From positions 9,920,001 through 9,984,000 of the forward strand of contig NC_047018.1 in the NCBI RefSeq assembly GCF_902652985.1: DNA of 64,000 nucleotides, read 5' to 3'. Every line of letters starts with the position of its first letter. The first letter of the stretch is position 1. Below are positions 1 through 19,300 of the stretch, one piece after another. Made by a program: the position numbers and the translations under genes. The stretch is from Pecten maximus (Eukaryota). Below the pieces are notes generated by a model that had not been told where the DNA came from, made no database searches, and saw only the letters and a list, made by a program, of their open reading frames with translations.

Positions 1-504
1 AAGCAATGGATAACATGGGCACCAGATTCCTAATAAGAAATGTTGACAAATAGTTATAATAGCTTGAGTTTATGTACTATTTGTATGGCTATTTTTCCAT
101 GTATGGTATTTTAGAAGTGAACAACAGACTATAATCTTATTCATTATCACATTAACCACTAAACATTATCATTAAATTTCAGCTTTATTTGACATCCGTT
201 CATAATTTACTTCAAACCTATGTCCAGATTAAACAAAGTATTTTCAATATGTTTAAATTCTCAGATGGAACGGTTTTTGACGACTGTGTTGTCACAAGAT
301 GAAATAGAATCTGAACTAAGGGAATATGTTCATTAAAGAATTATGTTCAGACTGTTATGACAGAGCGTCCATTTTATATTTTGAAGTGAAGTTGCTTACC
401 AAATTGTTTATAAGTTTGTAGATTATATTCGGGAATTGATGAAAAATAGAAGCGACCAATGTAAATAATCCCCAATTCTTTACAACTTATTATAATTAAA
501 ATCA

Positions 505-1570
505 AAATGGACAAACGTAACATCTGGAGTGCCCCAAGGATCAGTACTAGGACCAACATTGTTTGTGATATATATAAACGATCTCCCGGATATAGTACAG
601 TCGGATGCATACCTTTTCGCAGATGATACCAAAGTTTTCAAAAGTATACGTGGTAAAGCTGATGTTGATATCCTACAGGAAGATATAACAAACTTTCAAA
701 TTGGAGCAATGAATGGCTCTTAATATTTCATCCCTTAAAGTGAAAATCTATGCACATAGGCCGAGCATGTGGAGAAAGATCATACCACATAGAGGGCCAA
801 CCTTTAAAAGAAGTGGAAAAGGACATAGGAGTAATGGTAGACAGATTTCTGGCATTTGAAGATCAAATTAGTAGCCAAGTAAAGAAAGCAAACTCTATGT
901 TTGCAGTCATAAGGCGATCTTTTCAATTTCTAAACGAACATATTTTTTCACTGTTATACAAAACGCTAGTACGAGTTCATCTTGAATATTTAAATATTGT
1001 ATGGCATCCCTTCAAACTTAAACATATCGATATGATTGAGGCAGTGCAAAGGAGGGCTACGAAACAGATACCTGGATTTCGCGAGTTATCGTATCCGGAT
1101 CGATTAAAGAAGCTCTAATTGCCAACTCTTAGTTACAGAACACAAAGAGGCGACATGATTTAAGTATACAAGATAACACACAGTATTTACGATGATTGTG
1201 CAACGGATTTTGTCAAGATGTGGAAAGACCACTCACAAAGACGGAGAATAAGAGGTCACACGTTGAAATTGTTTCCACAACATTCTAGAATAGATGTTCG
1301 CAAGAACGTCTTCGCCTTGCGCATTGTAAACATATGGAACAATCTTCCTGAAAATGTAGTTTTAGCGCCAAATGTAAATACATTTAAAAATAGACTGGAT
1401 TAGCACTGGGAGAACCAGGAACTCCTATACAATTATAGATCTGAGATACATTAATAATACAAGTAATGTCATAATTATCTATATTTCAAATATTTAAATT
1501 TCATGTTTTTGAGACCGATGAAGAGGATCTTGTTTGATCCTGTATCGGAAAATAAACTTAACTTAACTTA
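505..1570 (+). mobile_element. 5'-truncated, decayed CR1-clade LINE (RT C-terminal half plus 3' tail)
   Basis: Motifs VTSGVPQGSVLGPTLF..YINDLP and LFADDTK, then EKDIGV, LYKTLVR.HLEY, IEAVQRRATK, RGH..KL and WNNLP..VV.A..VNTFKNRLD, broken by stops and frameshifts. Ends in AATAAA followed by an (ACTTA)n tail at about 1551-1570. Confidence 0.9.
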
Positions 1571-1599
1571 ATAATTAACCACCCAACCAAACTCATGTT

Positions 1600-2400
1600 C
1601 CTTTTCCCAATAATACCAGCCAACCAGAATCGCGAAAGGTCTTCTCACAATGATGTTAGCAAGCCAGAATCATGGAAAGACATTTCCCAACAATGTCAGT
1701 AGGACATTTCCCAATAACGCCAGCCAGTCAAAATCGTAGAAGTTTTTTTCCAGTGACATTAGCGAGTAAGAATGTTCAAATGTCTTTTTTTCGAATGATG
1801 CCCGTTAGTCAGAATTGCGAAAGGTCTTTTTCCAATGATGCCAGCCACTCAGAATCTTAAAATGACATTTTCTAATGTTACCCGCCAGTCAGAATCGTGA
1901 AAATACATTTCCCAATAATGCTGGTCAGTCAGATGCCAGCAGATGCAAGTCAGAATCACGAAAAGGCATTTACCAATAATGCCAGTCAGCCAGAATCATG
2001 AAAGGACATTTCCCAATAATGCCAGGCAGTCAGAATTGTGAAAGGACTTTCCCAATGATGACAGCCAGTCAGAATCGTGAAAGGACTTTCCCAATAATGT
2101 CTGCCAGTCAGAATCATGAAAGGACATTTCCCAATAATGCCAGGCAGTCAGAATCGTGAAAGGACTTTCCCAATGATGACAGCCAGTCAGAATCGTGAAA
2201 GGACATTCCCCAATAATGCCAGGCAGCCAGAATCATGAAAGGTCTTTTTCAAATTAAGCCAGCACATCAGGATGTCAAAGGACTGACATTTTCGAATGAT
2301 GACAGCCAGTGAGAATCGCAAAAATAATTTCCCCATCGATGACAGCTAATCAGTATCGAGAATGTCCGCGTTTCTACATGATGGCAGCCAATTAGAATTA
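1600..2400. repeat. Minisatellite, about 39-40 bp unit (ttcccaataatgccagccagtcagaatcgtgaaaggaca), about 20 degenerate copies
   Basis: Tandem periodicity is visible; it is most homogeneous at 1960-2250. Confidence 0.9.
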
Positions 2401-2943
2401 AGCTATTTCCACATTTTTCTAATCAGTTCAAGGATATGAATTTTTTAATTTCGTTCTTCTTTTAAGAGTGACTTTCTTTCCACAGTGTAATTCTATACCG
2501 TTTCTTTCAACAGTGTAATTCTATACTGTTTCTTTTCACAGTGTAATTCTATACAACAATGATTTCAAATAAAGCCAACTCCAAAAGTATGTTTGTTGAA
2601 AGTGTTTAGTGAACAAATTCATTAATTGTGAATCGTAAACATAATATTTCATTACGTGGATTCTCAGAAACAAAGTAAAGCTATGTAAGGATAAAGACAA
2701 CCCCACCACACATGATGTATAAGATAGAGTACACCCAAGGATAGGAGCACCTCCTCACACACTCTTACTATATATAAATACATGTAGGCATATCACTATA
2801 TTTACCATTGTATGGTACTGCCACTATATAACCCTACCAATTCAGTTGCGAGTTCACCAGCTTATGAACTGCCAACTGAAATTTGAGTTTGAAAATTTCA
2901 AAAAAAAATCGCACGACAAATAAAAAATCGCAGATGGTAAATA

Positions 2944-3056
2944 TAAGCATTGAACGGCTTTCAGTTGGCATTCATAGTGCGCTTCATGGAATTTGCCTCT
3001 GTCCAGTTGGCATTCATATTGACTATGAATGCCAACTGAAAGCCGTTCAATGCTTA
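2944..3056. mobile_element. Small hairpin MITE-like element with 35-bp perfect inverted repeats
   Basis: taagcattgaacggctttcagttggcattcatagt (2944-2978) is the exact reverse complement of 3022-3056; both ends are TA. Confidence 0.7.
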
Positions 3057-3751
3057 AATGTCCCGAAATCTCATATATATATTACACATATAATATTAAC
3101 ATTTAAAGAATTCACATTTTTCATGTAATCAGTAACTATGTATAGACTTGTGATGCTTACTTGTGATGTTAATATGGTCTGTAATAAAACATGTGTTAAC
3201 ATTTACATTACCAGTAGTCAAAGTGTCCATAGTATGTATTCAAGCTTATGTACAGATCCGAGAAGCTGTAGACAGCTATGAAATATTATACACTATTTAC
3301 ATTTTAATAGTCACAGCACAATAACTTTCCTCTTAAGGAAAGTTCAAATACCTATGACGACACCTGACTCTAATGACCCTTGTATTGTTATAGAATACAT
3401 ACTCTGTAGCAAGTAAAGGACTATCTCCGGATCATTTCAGGAAAGTTAGAGCTGGTGGAACTTGAGAAGAAATTTGAAAAAAACACATGCACGGTAGATG
3501 CGCACACTTATGGTCAGATGACTGAATCAGTTAAAGGTAGATCTCATCTGATGTGAAGTAGTGGCATTCACTGTAAATATACCAAATCTTAGAGAAAACC
3601 CTCTTAAATATTTACTTACAATGATCAATCTATATTCTATAAAAAGAAAACACACACACACACACCCTTATACACACAAAGTTTCTATTAGCAGATATAA
3701 TATTAGAACTCTCACATGTGGAAAAAAAATGTGAAAATACTACCCTCTAGT

Positions 3752-7823
<4,072 letters not shown>

Positions 7824-7831
<8 letters not shown>

Positions 7832-7872
7832 GTTTTGAAAACAAAATTATCTCCCCTGGTACCGGAAATGCA
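7824..7872 (-). promoter_or_regulatory. Putative YIPF1 proximal promoter elements (YY1-like AACATGGCGG over the start codon; ETS-like CCGGAAAT)
   Basis: aaaacATGgcgg surrounds the ATG and accggaaatg lies at 7861-7870. Both motifs are typical of housekeeping promoters; this is a motif match only. Confidence 0.35.
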
Positions 7873-7904
7873 ATAAAGGTGTGTTCGAGTAAAACTTTGG
7901 TTAA

Positions 7905-8220
7905 TAATATGATAATAATATTTATTCAGGCAACGCATTCAGTACAGTACAGTACATAGTATCACATATAAAAACACAAGTGTTTCAATATTTTCTGAGT
8001 AAAAATTGATAAATAATTAATAAATACTATCACATAAATGTTGTTGTGTTATCACAATTGGTAGTTTGCCATATGATACTGACAGTATGTACAAAGCACT
8101 TTATTTTTTTACCAGAACATTTTATTTTGGCTTTACCTAGGATTGCCCATGAAAGCTGGAGTGCAGCTTATTTCCAATGGGGTCCTCGATTTAAAGAATC
8201 TTAATTAAAAATATTTATTC
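7905..8220 (-). mobile_element. 3' terminal fragment of an L2/CR1-group LINE or derived SINE
   Basis: The minus strand reads ggaccccattggaaataagctg...agctttcatgggcaatcc (a 3' stem-loop), then AATAAA and an (ATT)n-like tail near 7905-7925. Confidence 0.45.
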
Positions 8221-9474
8221 GAAAATTTAGCAAAATATAACCACGAATTGTCAAGGTTCAGTATCTGATAATGGTGTCGATATGACGGTAAAACTCTTAC
8301 ACTTTCTTACAAACTAAAAATTACAAATGGAGTGAAAGTATCAAGTACACTTCAAATATAAGATGGTAACAGCAGTGCAGGTTGAGTTTTTCAAGGGTTG
8401 GGGATCCCCCTACCAGCGAGGTCCTCTCAACATGCACCACGTGCACAGAATCACAGAGAAAACAACATTGCGATGACTTCATTATAAAATTCATAATCAT
8501 TAGATGTTAAAAAATGTTGTGTACAGAATATATTTAAAATAGATGATTCCATTCATTGATCATAGTTAAAATTTTGACTCATCACAGAAAAAATTGAATC
8601 ATCATAGATATCTTGGTCGCAAAGTGCATCCATACGTGTTTGGAAATTTGTGCATGCACAGAACAACTTATTATTGCAAAATGTGTGATAAAAAAACAAA
8701 AACAACAACAACAACAACAAAAACAACAACAAAAAACACAAAAATGAACTTTACATGTAGAGAGTAATTTGTCGTATGTATAAAGTGTTTAACACTGTCT
8801 AGTCACGCTTTAGAGATGACTTTTGTGGACAGGAGTGCAAGACGAGAATAAATTGTTTTATAGTGATCAGATACTTAATTTTAAAATCGTATATTATTTT
8901 ATATATTATCATTTTGAGTTTTTAAAATAAAAACGTAGAATGTCTAGCTTTTAGTATAAACAGAGACATATATCACATATTTTCCGTACTATACTATCAG
9001 TATGATATTGTAATTTTTGTTTTTTTTGTAAAGGGTACGATTATTTTTCTAATTGACCGGTATTACTGCATAATTATATATGTACATGTTTCAACCCGAC
9101 TGTTTTGTATATTTTAATGGCACCACAGATATTAACTATGTGTATTTACCCTTGATAACACATTCCGCCTGGACAAGCACATGTCCACCTAGCCTATATC
9201 TATCTCCTTTTACGAATTCGTTATGTGATAACTTGCTCAATACTTGGCCTATTTATTCGCGTGAACACTCATTCGAAAGATCAAACTATAAAAACTACAA
9301 TCTTAAAAAAAACCTGTCCTTTGACATCATAACAGTGCGTGGTATATATATATATATAGATTGGGACTCCGTGTCCTTTTGGAAAACACGGTTGCGGACA
9401 CTTAATTTTTGTAATTGAGGGAAAGTGTTAGTTTCACCAGAGACCTATATAACTCTAATGTCTATTATACTTGA

Positions 9475-11622
9475 TATTTTTATTCAGATTTTATACACAT
9501 AAAGTAATTACATGATACAGTAAGAAACAAAGACAACTTTCACACACACTTGCATACACAGACTGTATATATAACTTGAATACAGAGTATGTGGCTTAGC
9601 TATAACTATAATAGGTGAATAATACACGGAGAAAAAAACCTTTCATAGAAGGCAGCATCTGGTATAAAATAATATGATAGAGGTGATGACAAAATGCATG
9701 AATCAATTCTTTCTGTCTATTGATAAAAAATATTACGAAAAATCCTCCGTTTGTGAGTGAATAAAGTGTACCTACCATTTATGGTTGATGTATATTTCCC
9801 CATATTGTAATAGTCCACAAGTATTCTCTTTACACTTTCAAACATGAGTTGTTCCCCTTTAACACGATGTTTATAGATATATTGTTTAACAATGAGTATA
9901 ATAAGGTTATGTATGTCATATTGTTTACCTATTTTTCCAAACAATATTTTTTTTTTTTTTTTGACAGATTTAAATATATAGAAGTTTTTTTCAAATATCC
10001 CATTTTCAAGTAATATCCACAGCCTCTCAACGTGTTCACATTCATAAAACATAGGTAAAAGTGTTTTAACTTCTTCTTTACAAAATGTTCAAGACGGATC
10101 GTCATATATATTTATCTTAGTAAGGTAGTCATTTGTTGCCCATATTCTATGTATAAGCCTGTATTGGAGCCATCTCAACGAGACATCATTCGTTGTTTCA
10201 ACACTGTTATTTGATTTTTTTTAGTTCAATTTCACTAGTTTCTAATATATTGGACCATTTTTCAATGTACTTTGTATTAAACTTGAGTCTAGAAATAAAA
10301 ATGCCGTACATGTCTCTACAGCCTTTCATGTATTTTATAATAGCTTCCACATAAATTGGAATAAAAGGATGTGCAAAGTCGACTATGGTGTGGTTTTGAC
10401 TAAACTCAGACCATATATTTCTAATAGATTGTCTCAGCCCGTTAAAGAGTGTATGAGGTGGGGGAAAATCATATATTCTGCAAAAATCTTCATAAGAATA
10501 TACACAGTTATTATTTTTTCAAATCAAGTCCGACAGATATCTTATTCCTTTATCAAATCAAGTTTGATAACAAAAACCTGGGGTATTATTCACTTTGATA
10601 CTGGTAATATATCAGATTGGCATTTTGATTAGGTCATGTGGCTTAATCTCAATGTTTCTAATATACTCCACATAGGTTGAAAAGACTTCTTTCCAGAATG
10701 GATTTTTGTATTTCCGTGAAAGGTTTATATAATATTTGTCTCCCAACACTAACAACTTGTTAATATTTGTGCCACATACATCTAACAGCAATGTTTTCCA
10801 TCTGGCATCCGAGTTGACGATTCTACGTATCCAAGTTAATTTCAAGGATTTTATAAATGAAGAAATATGTGTCATTCTACAGCCACCATCTTTGTAGTCC
10901 TGTACAGTTTGACTCCTGGCAACTCTATCTCCAGAATTCCATACAAATTTAAAGCAAATATTCTCCAATTCTTTCAAAAATTTATCGTCAGGTTTTGGAA
11001 TGCTTGTAAATAAATGTGTTAGTTTGGGAATGATAAGTGACTTTATCACAGTAATTTTACCTGATACACTTATTCTTCTTTTATGCCAGTGTTTTAGAGA
11101 ATTATTAATTTCATTAAGTTTGGCTCTGCAGTTTAGTTCAGGCATTGCCACCAGGTTGATACTAAAAATAATTCCTAGTACATTGAAAGGCTGGTTTGTC
11201 CAATCAAGATTCCAATCATCACAGAATCTGTTCAAAGAGTTTTTAGTTGAACATTTCCAAACTGCCTTAGTTTTATCAAAGTTAGGAGTTAAACCAGAGT
11301 ATTTAGAGAATTGGTCAAGAAGGTCCAAAGTTTTCTTTAAAGCTTTTTCACTACCATTTAAAAAAAATTCCAGTGTCATCAGCATACTGAAATAATTTGT
11401 ACTCTTTGTTAAATATCTTGATACCTTTCACATCTCTATTTGATCTAATTAGGATACCCATACTTTCTACACACAAAACAAAAATATATGGTGAGATAGG
11501 ATCACCTTGTGAGCAACCCCTTCCTATATTGAAGACGCTTGAAAAAATACCATTTTGCAGTACACAAAGCTTAGCATCATGATATAAAACTTTTATCCAA
11601 TAGATAAATTCAGGACCAAAGT
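9475..11622 (-). mobile_element. 5'-truncated, decayed L1/Tx1-clade LINE (ORF2 RT to C-terminal Cys/His region)
   Basis: Minus strand: FGPEFIYWIK, GKGCSQGDPISPYIFVLCVE, LFQYADD, SGL.PN.DKT, W..R.IS..GKITVIKSL.IPKL.H, F.FVW, GG...I..F..SLK.TW..R, LRWLQYR.IHRI, and C..EC.HV..LW. Frameshifts and stops are present. Confidence 0.9.
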
Positions 11623-13325
11623 TTCCACTCGGCTATTTTTGACCATTTGTAGAGACTCTGACATGTCTCGGCCATGGGACAGAACCTGATGCATGAGTCT
11701 TCATCACAGATGTGAACACTAAAGTGAGGCAGTGTCAATTGAGACATTCGAACAAAGAAAGTTGTACTGCAAGATCTACAAGGTTTTTATTAGCACTCTT
11801 GTTGGTACACTTTTATGTGCGACAAGAGGTCAGCAAAAATTACAACAACATAATACAATACATAATTTTGTACAGAATAGCGAAACACATATTTCTCATA
11901 CATTTAGACAAAGTTTGTAGCACACACTGCAAGAAGAGAAAAGAGATGAGGATTAAAATTCCATCATCACTCCGATTTCTTTCAGACATTAATTTCCAAA
12001 GCTGCTGGGAAAAAAAAGTAAAAGGGATCTGTAACTCACCTTTTTACCATAGCTCTTGTTAGGCGATCCATAGACCCTTAATTGTTTCAAACTTTAAACA
12101 TACATGTATATCTAACTTATGTTAAAGAATCGGACCGATTAGATCTACTCTATTCTTTATTTTGCAACTATTTATCATGATGCTTGCTTATTAGGTTGAC
12201 CGCAAATTGAATTTTAAGCCAAAAAGTCAGTCTTTTAAATAGAAAAAAAATCTTGTTTTGAGTTCATTATGATGAATGTCTACGCTTTTAAATAACAGTT
12301 TTATGACTGTCAATCTTTACCAATATACATACATACATACATACACACACACACCCACACTGTATCATAAACAAGGAGCAGAGAGGCTGTGCTGGCGGGA
12401 TATTGTTGAACTCTCGATACCGTACATGAATTTTAATTAGGATGATTGATTTATCAGACTTATATCTCATACGTATATTAAATACGACAATAAAATCTAT
12501 CAAGTTCCTCGTCCTATAATTGTCCGACTATACATGTGATAGCAACAGCGAGATAGAGATCCTGTAAGAATGCTAGGATTATTAGGAATTCCATCATACC
12601 GAGTCACAGAACAGCAGACTATTTGAGAAAATAATTGATATTTTAAGCTTCTTTATAATGACGTTAATGACAAATATCTTATCCATGTACAGTGTTGTCT
12701 CATTAGATAATACTGTATCCTTTACATCATGCTGAACCTGATGCGCTGAACGATATATATTATTTCTTTGGAAACAACCCCATCTATGACTTGTAAAGAA
12801 ATAAACAAGGAAACATCACGACAGATAGGGATTAATATGGTATATATCAACTGATACATTTGATGGATGATTTTTGAAAAAAATGTTGATGGAAAATTGA
12901 CAAATGACTTATTTTACTGGGTTCGTGTCCTAATCTGTAATACAATAGTTTCGCCAAGGAGATAATAAACTATTGACTTTGAAATAACAAGTATTTCCAA
13001 ATGCGATAATCCACGTTTAATTGCTTGCTTTCTATACTGTCATGTGTGACACCGGTCCGCTCCTCCCTCCGGTGAAACTGTATCAATATTGATATCCATG
13101 CTAGTTAATACACACGAGAGATGGGCTAGTGGATTGTACTGTATTTCTACCTATTGCTCACATGTTGGTGTAAGTAGGGAAATAGCAACAGCATTTTATT
13201 TTGTGGACATCCGATGACATTTCTTTTGTGTAAACGTGATTTAATTCTGTGAAATAATCGCTTTCAAAATTGCGTAAGGAGAATTGCTTCAGACACTGGT
13301 GCAGATTCCGATTACAAGTATCAGG

Positions 13326-16300
13326 ATGGGAAAGATAAATCCTTCGAAAAGTTTTGGAAAGCAAAATATTGTCGATGTTTGGCAGCGGGCAACCAATAAA
13401 CATGACACGAAGTCATCAATAAACAAAAACACTGAAGAACGTTGGCAGTCTTCAACTAAACAGTTGATCAGTAAGTTCCATGCCAGCACCACATTCCATG
13501 GTATGCGGTTTGCATTCGGTGCTGATATCTCCATTAAACGAAGGTGAGTGTTGTTTTATTTTGTTTTCATCCATTAGTTATTCAATCATAGAAAAGTACG
13601 TAAAAATGGTTTCAATGGTGAATTGATATACTGTAAATCTTCAGTATCACTGGTAGGGTTTAACAATAGTTAAATAAATGTCATTACAGTAATTGGTTAG
13701 CACTGTAAATCTTCATTATCACTGGTAAGGTATAGATAATTAAATGTCGTTACAGTAATTGGTTAACACTGTAAATCTTCAATATCACTGGTAAGGTATA
13801 GATAATTAAATGTCGTTACAGTAATTGGTTAACACTGTAAATCTTCATTATCACTGGTAAGGTATAGATAATTAAATGTCGTTACAGTAATTGGTTAACA
13901 TTGTAAATCTTCATTATCACTGGTAAGGTATAGATAATTAAATGTCGTTACAGTAATTGGTTAACACTGTAAATCTTCGTTATCACTGGTAGGATATAAC
14001 AATAGATGGTTAACTGTCGTTACTGTAATTGGTTGCAACGCATATATAGAGCATCAGTGTAAGGTTAGGTGCTTATTGGTCAAAGTATCTTAGAGAAGAA
14101 ATCGCGGTGAAAAGGCATACAAAATTAATGTGAAACTGGTAATGTAATATTTTAACTTGCTTGATAATAAAATACTTACAAATTTCTAAATTTTTGACAA
14201 TCTTGACTCTTAAAAAAATACTTAATCTTATTTAACATCACCTGTGCGTATGGTTTTGTAAAGAATAAGTTCAAAGTAAATATGATGACAAAATCAAAGT
14301 ATAAAAGAAAAAAAATGGATGTGATATGTGTGCTATATAATTTAATTTTGTATTAAGACATTTTTTCAAGGTTGTGACGATGAAAACATTCAAAGACAAT
14401 CTTGCATATTAAGGAAGTATAAACAAGTTAGAATGCTTAATCGTAAAGTAAAAAAGCCCTTATCAACATTAACAGTAGACTAGACCCAGAAACTTCATTA
14501 TCAACATTAATCGCAGTTTCATAAACACCATTGTCAACATGAATCGTAGATTCATAAACACCCTTGTCACATTAATCGCAGATTCAGAAACCTCCTTATC
14601 AACATTAATCGTAGACCCAGAAACCCAATTATCAACATTTATCGTAGACTCAGAAACCTCCTAATCAACATTAATCGTAGACTCAGAAACCTTCATTATC
14701 AACATTAATCGTAGATTCAGAAACCTCCTTATCAACATTAATCGTAGATTCAGAAACTTCATTATCAACATTAATCGTAGACTAAGAAACCTCCTTATCA
14801 ACATTAATCGTAGATTCAGAAACCTCCTTATCAACATTAATCGTAGATTCAGAAACTTCATTATCAACATTAATCGTAGATTCAGAAACCTCCTTATCAA
14901 CATTAATCGTAGACTCAGAAACCTTCTTATCAACATTAATCGTAGATTCAGAAACCCCCTTATCAACATTAATCGTAGACTCAGAAACCTCCTTATCAAC
15001 ATTAATCGTAGATTCAGAAACCTCCTTATCAACATTAATCGTAGACTCAGAAACCTCCTTATCAATATTAATCGTAGATTCAGAAACCTCCTTATCAACA
15101 TTAATCGTAGACCCAGAAACCTCCTTATCAGCATTAATCGTAGATTCAGAAACCCCCTTATCAACATTAATCGTAGACCCAGAAACCTCCTTATCAGCAT
15201 TAATCGTAGATTCAGAAACCTCCTTATCAACATTAATCGTAGACTCAGAAACCTCCTTATCAATATTAATCGTAGACTCAGAAACCTCCTTATCAACATT
15301 AATCGTAGACCCAGAAACCTCCTTATCAGCATTAATCGTAGATTCAGAAACCTCCTTATCAACATTAATCGTAGACTCAGAAACCTCCTTATCAATATTA
15401 ATCGTAGACTCAGAAACCTCCTAATCAACATTAATCGTAGACTCAGAAACCCCCTTATCAACATTAATCGTAGACTCAGAAACCTCCTTATCAATATTAA
15501 TCGTAGACTCAGAAACCTCCTTATCAATATTAATCGTAGACTAAGAAACCTCCTTATCAATATTAATCGTAGACTCAGAAACCTCCTTATCAACATTAAT
15601 CGTAGACTCAGAAACCTCCTTATCAATATTAATCGTAGACTCAGAAACCTTCTTATCAGCATTAATCGTAGACTCAGAAACCTCCTTATCAATATTAATC
15701 GTAGATTCAGAAACCTCCTTATCAACATTAATCGTAGACTCAGAAACCTCCTAATCAACATTAATCGTAGACTCAGAAACCTCCTTATCAACATTAATCG
15801 TAGACTTAGAAACTTCATTATCAACATTAATCGTAGACTAAGAAACCTCCTTATCAACAGTAATCGTAGACTCAGAAACCTCCTTATCAACATTAATCGT
15901 AGACTCAGAAACACCCTTATCAACATTAATCGTAGACTCAGAAACCTCCTAATCAACATTAATCGTAGACTCAGAAACTTCATTATCAACATTAATCGTA
16001 GATTCAGAAACCTCCTTATCAACATTAATCGTAGACTCAGAAACCCTCTTATCAACATTAATCGTAGACTCAGAAACCTCCTTATCAACATTAATCGTAG
16101 ACTCAGAAACCTCCTTATCAACATTAATCGTAGACTAAGAAACCCTCTTATCAACATTAATCGTAGACTCAGAAACCTCCTTATCAACATTAATCGTAGA
16201 CTCAGAAACCTCCTTATCAACATCAATCGTAGACTCAGAAACCTCCTTATCAACATTAATCGTAGACTCAGAAACCTCCTTATCAACATTAATCGTAGAC

Positions 16301-19300
16301 TAAGAAACCTCCTTATCAATATTAATCGTAGACTCGGAAACCTCCTTATCAACATTAATCGTAGACTCGGAAACCTCCTAATCAACATTAATCGTAGACT
16401 CAGAAACCCTCTTATCAACATTAATCGTAGACTAAGAAACCTCCTTATCAATATTAATCGTAGACTCAGAAATCCCCTTATCAACATTAATCGTAGACTC
16501 AGAAACCTCCTTATCAACATTAATCGTAGACTAAGAAACCTCCTTATCAATATTAATCGTAGACTCAGAAATCCCCTTATCAACATTAATCGTAGACTCA
16601 GAAACCTCCTTATCAACATTAATCGTAGACTCAGAAACCCTCTTATCAACATTAATCGTAGACTCAGAAACCTCCTAATCAACATTAATCGTAGACTCAG
16701 AAACCCTCTTATCAACATTAATCGTAGACTCAGAAACCTCCTAATCAACATTAATCGTAGACTCAGAAACCCTCTTATCAACATTAATCGTAGACTCAGA
16801 AACCTCCTTATCAACATTAATCGTAGACTCAGAAACCTCCTAATCAACATTAATCGTAGACTCAGAAACCCCGTTATCAACATTAATCGTAGACTCAGAA
16901 ACCTCCTAATCAACATTAATCGTAGACTCAGAAACCTCCTTATCAACATTAATCGTAGACTCAGAAACCTCCTAATCAACATTAATCGTAGACTCAGAAA
17001 CCTCCTTATCAACATTAATCGTAGACTCAGAAACCCTCTTATCAACATTAATCGTAGACTCAGAAACCCCTAATCAACATTAATCGTAGACTCAGAAACC
17101 TCCTTATCAACATTAATCGTAGACTCAGAAACCCTCTTATCAACATTAATCGTAGACTCAGAAACCTCCTTATCAACATGAATCGTAGACTCAGAAACCC
17201 CTTATCAACATTAATTGTAGACTCAGAAACTTCATTATCAACATTAATCGTAGACTCAGAAACCTCCATATCAACATTAATCGTTGACTAACGTATTCTT
17301 CAACGTTTTAAGTGATTGAACTCAGTTTTGTGTCTCCTTACATTAAAAGTAATTATAAAGAGCGATTTTCCGGCAATGGTTAGACGTGCATGATGCAGAT
17401 ATATCCCTTTAAATGACGGAGAGGTAAAGGAAATGATCACAATAGTTGATATCGGACTAGTATATATCATCATGATGAATCCCCATACAATAGATTAAAG
17501 CTGATTATTTTTGTACGGACTGCAACTCATCTGAGCACCATACTGAACTATTTCCACGAATATCAATTTGAAATTCAATTACGTTGAAGGGAATAACTTT
17601 TAAACATCTGTCACCAGCAATTAAGTGATGTTTTGTTTCACAGGGGCTTGGCACGATTTTCCAAATGATAGTCCATATATATATGTATATAGTACATATA
17701 TATATTTAGACTATCATTTGGAAAATCGTGCCAAGCCCCTGTGTTTTGTTTCGTACATTTGCACCTTGATAAAACGGGCACGTACCTTAAAAGTAACAGA
17801 TCAGCCAAATTTCAACACGTCATCGTGAATCGGTCTCTAAATAGTTTTCGCCACATTTCAAAACAATAGTTTTATGCATTTAGGTTGATAAAGGTGTAGT
17901 TTTGTAGGTTCACCTGCTATTCAATATAACTCATTTGCTGATTTCTGTATTACGTTTCCATTAATAACATTTACAATATTTACAATATTAAGCGCTGGAA
18001 TAGTTATTTGTCATTTAGGGAAAAAAACTTTCTACAATATATTGCATGAATGTTTAACACAGCTAATTTTAAGATAAGGAATATTTTAAAACTAACGCAT
18101 GTCACGGGTATACATACTGTATTCACGCAGGTACATATCCTAATATTTCGGTGTTAGTTATAGTACTTAATGCTTATCATCTATTAAATCTCTATGCCGA
18201 CAGATCAGCATAACTGCTAAAGGCAGAAATATGATTATTTCATGTGGCGATATAGATCATCTATTAAATATTGGATTTCTATATCTAATGAATCCCCGTG
18301 AGACAACAATGATTGCATGGATGTAAACAGATTTAATGCGTTATTGAGAACTAACGAGTAACGATATTCCGTACTAAACCTTGACCTGAATTTCTTAATT
18401 ATACGAGGTGGATAGGCTGTAATGAACGGCTACAAATCCAAAGTACTATTGTTTATAACACAAGTTATGTTTCTGTAAGAGTTCACACACATCATTATCT
18501 TACTGAATTGTCTTCGAATTTCCTCGCTCCAACGTCTCTCGGGTCATTGTTGTTAATAACTGCTACATGTATTAAAAGAATGTCTTCCTTCATTATGCAA
18601 TCTTCTCTCCTTCCCCTTTGACCTCAATTGTCTTTCGTTGAAACGCCGTCCTGCCTCATGTAGTCTTACTTACTAAACAGTCCTCTTTTACGGTTTAGTT
18701 CAGTTTTGCCCTTATCCTAATCGTCGCCTTTCTTTACACTCTAGCCTTTCTTCTCGGCATTATTGTTGTTATCTCCTCCTAGCATCGTCATTCATGACAT
18801 GTTTTCTCTACCTCATACGCCATCCCTTTTCCTCCATTCGCATTCACTTTTCATTGATTTTTTGACATCATCGTCGTTGTTCATGGAACCGTATACCCTA
18901 AGAATAAGGCGGGACTGATACATAGTAAAACGTGGGAATTGTGTCTGTATAGACATACTTTAGCTTGATTCCAAACTTAACACCTGCGGGCATTACATAC
19001 TATTAGTTTGTGACTTACAGAGTGATATGGATTTCCCTGTGCGTTCTCAGCACGTGCCTTCTAGCCATAGATATTACAGAGAGGATACAGCATTACATAT
19101 CGTATCCGGTATCTGTGAACCTCCAGGTAAAATATACAGAAAACATGGAGTTTCCCGCCGTCACTATTTGCAACCAAAATAGTTTCAGGTAAGTTATTCA
19201 GCCTACAGTGTAGAAAGCAAACTTCTTACTATATTGGAAAATCTAGAAAGAAATAATAGTTCGAAAGCAATTTACAATAAATAAATACATTTTTTGGGTA

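Noticed and set aside
14661-17048. 795-aa ORF (MLIRRFLSLRL)n
   Set aside because: It is a by-product of a 33-bp (multiple of 3) minisatellite whose consensus lacks a stop in that frame. It is intronic and antisense to the channel gene, has no unique domain, and the frame breaks at the array ends.
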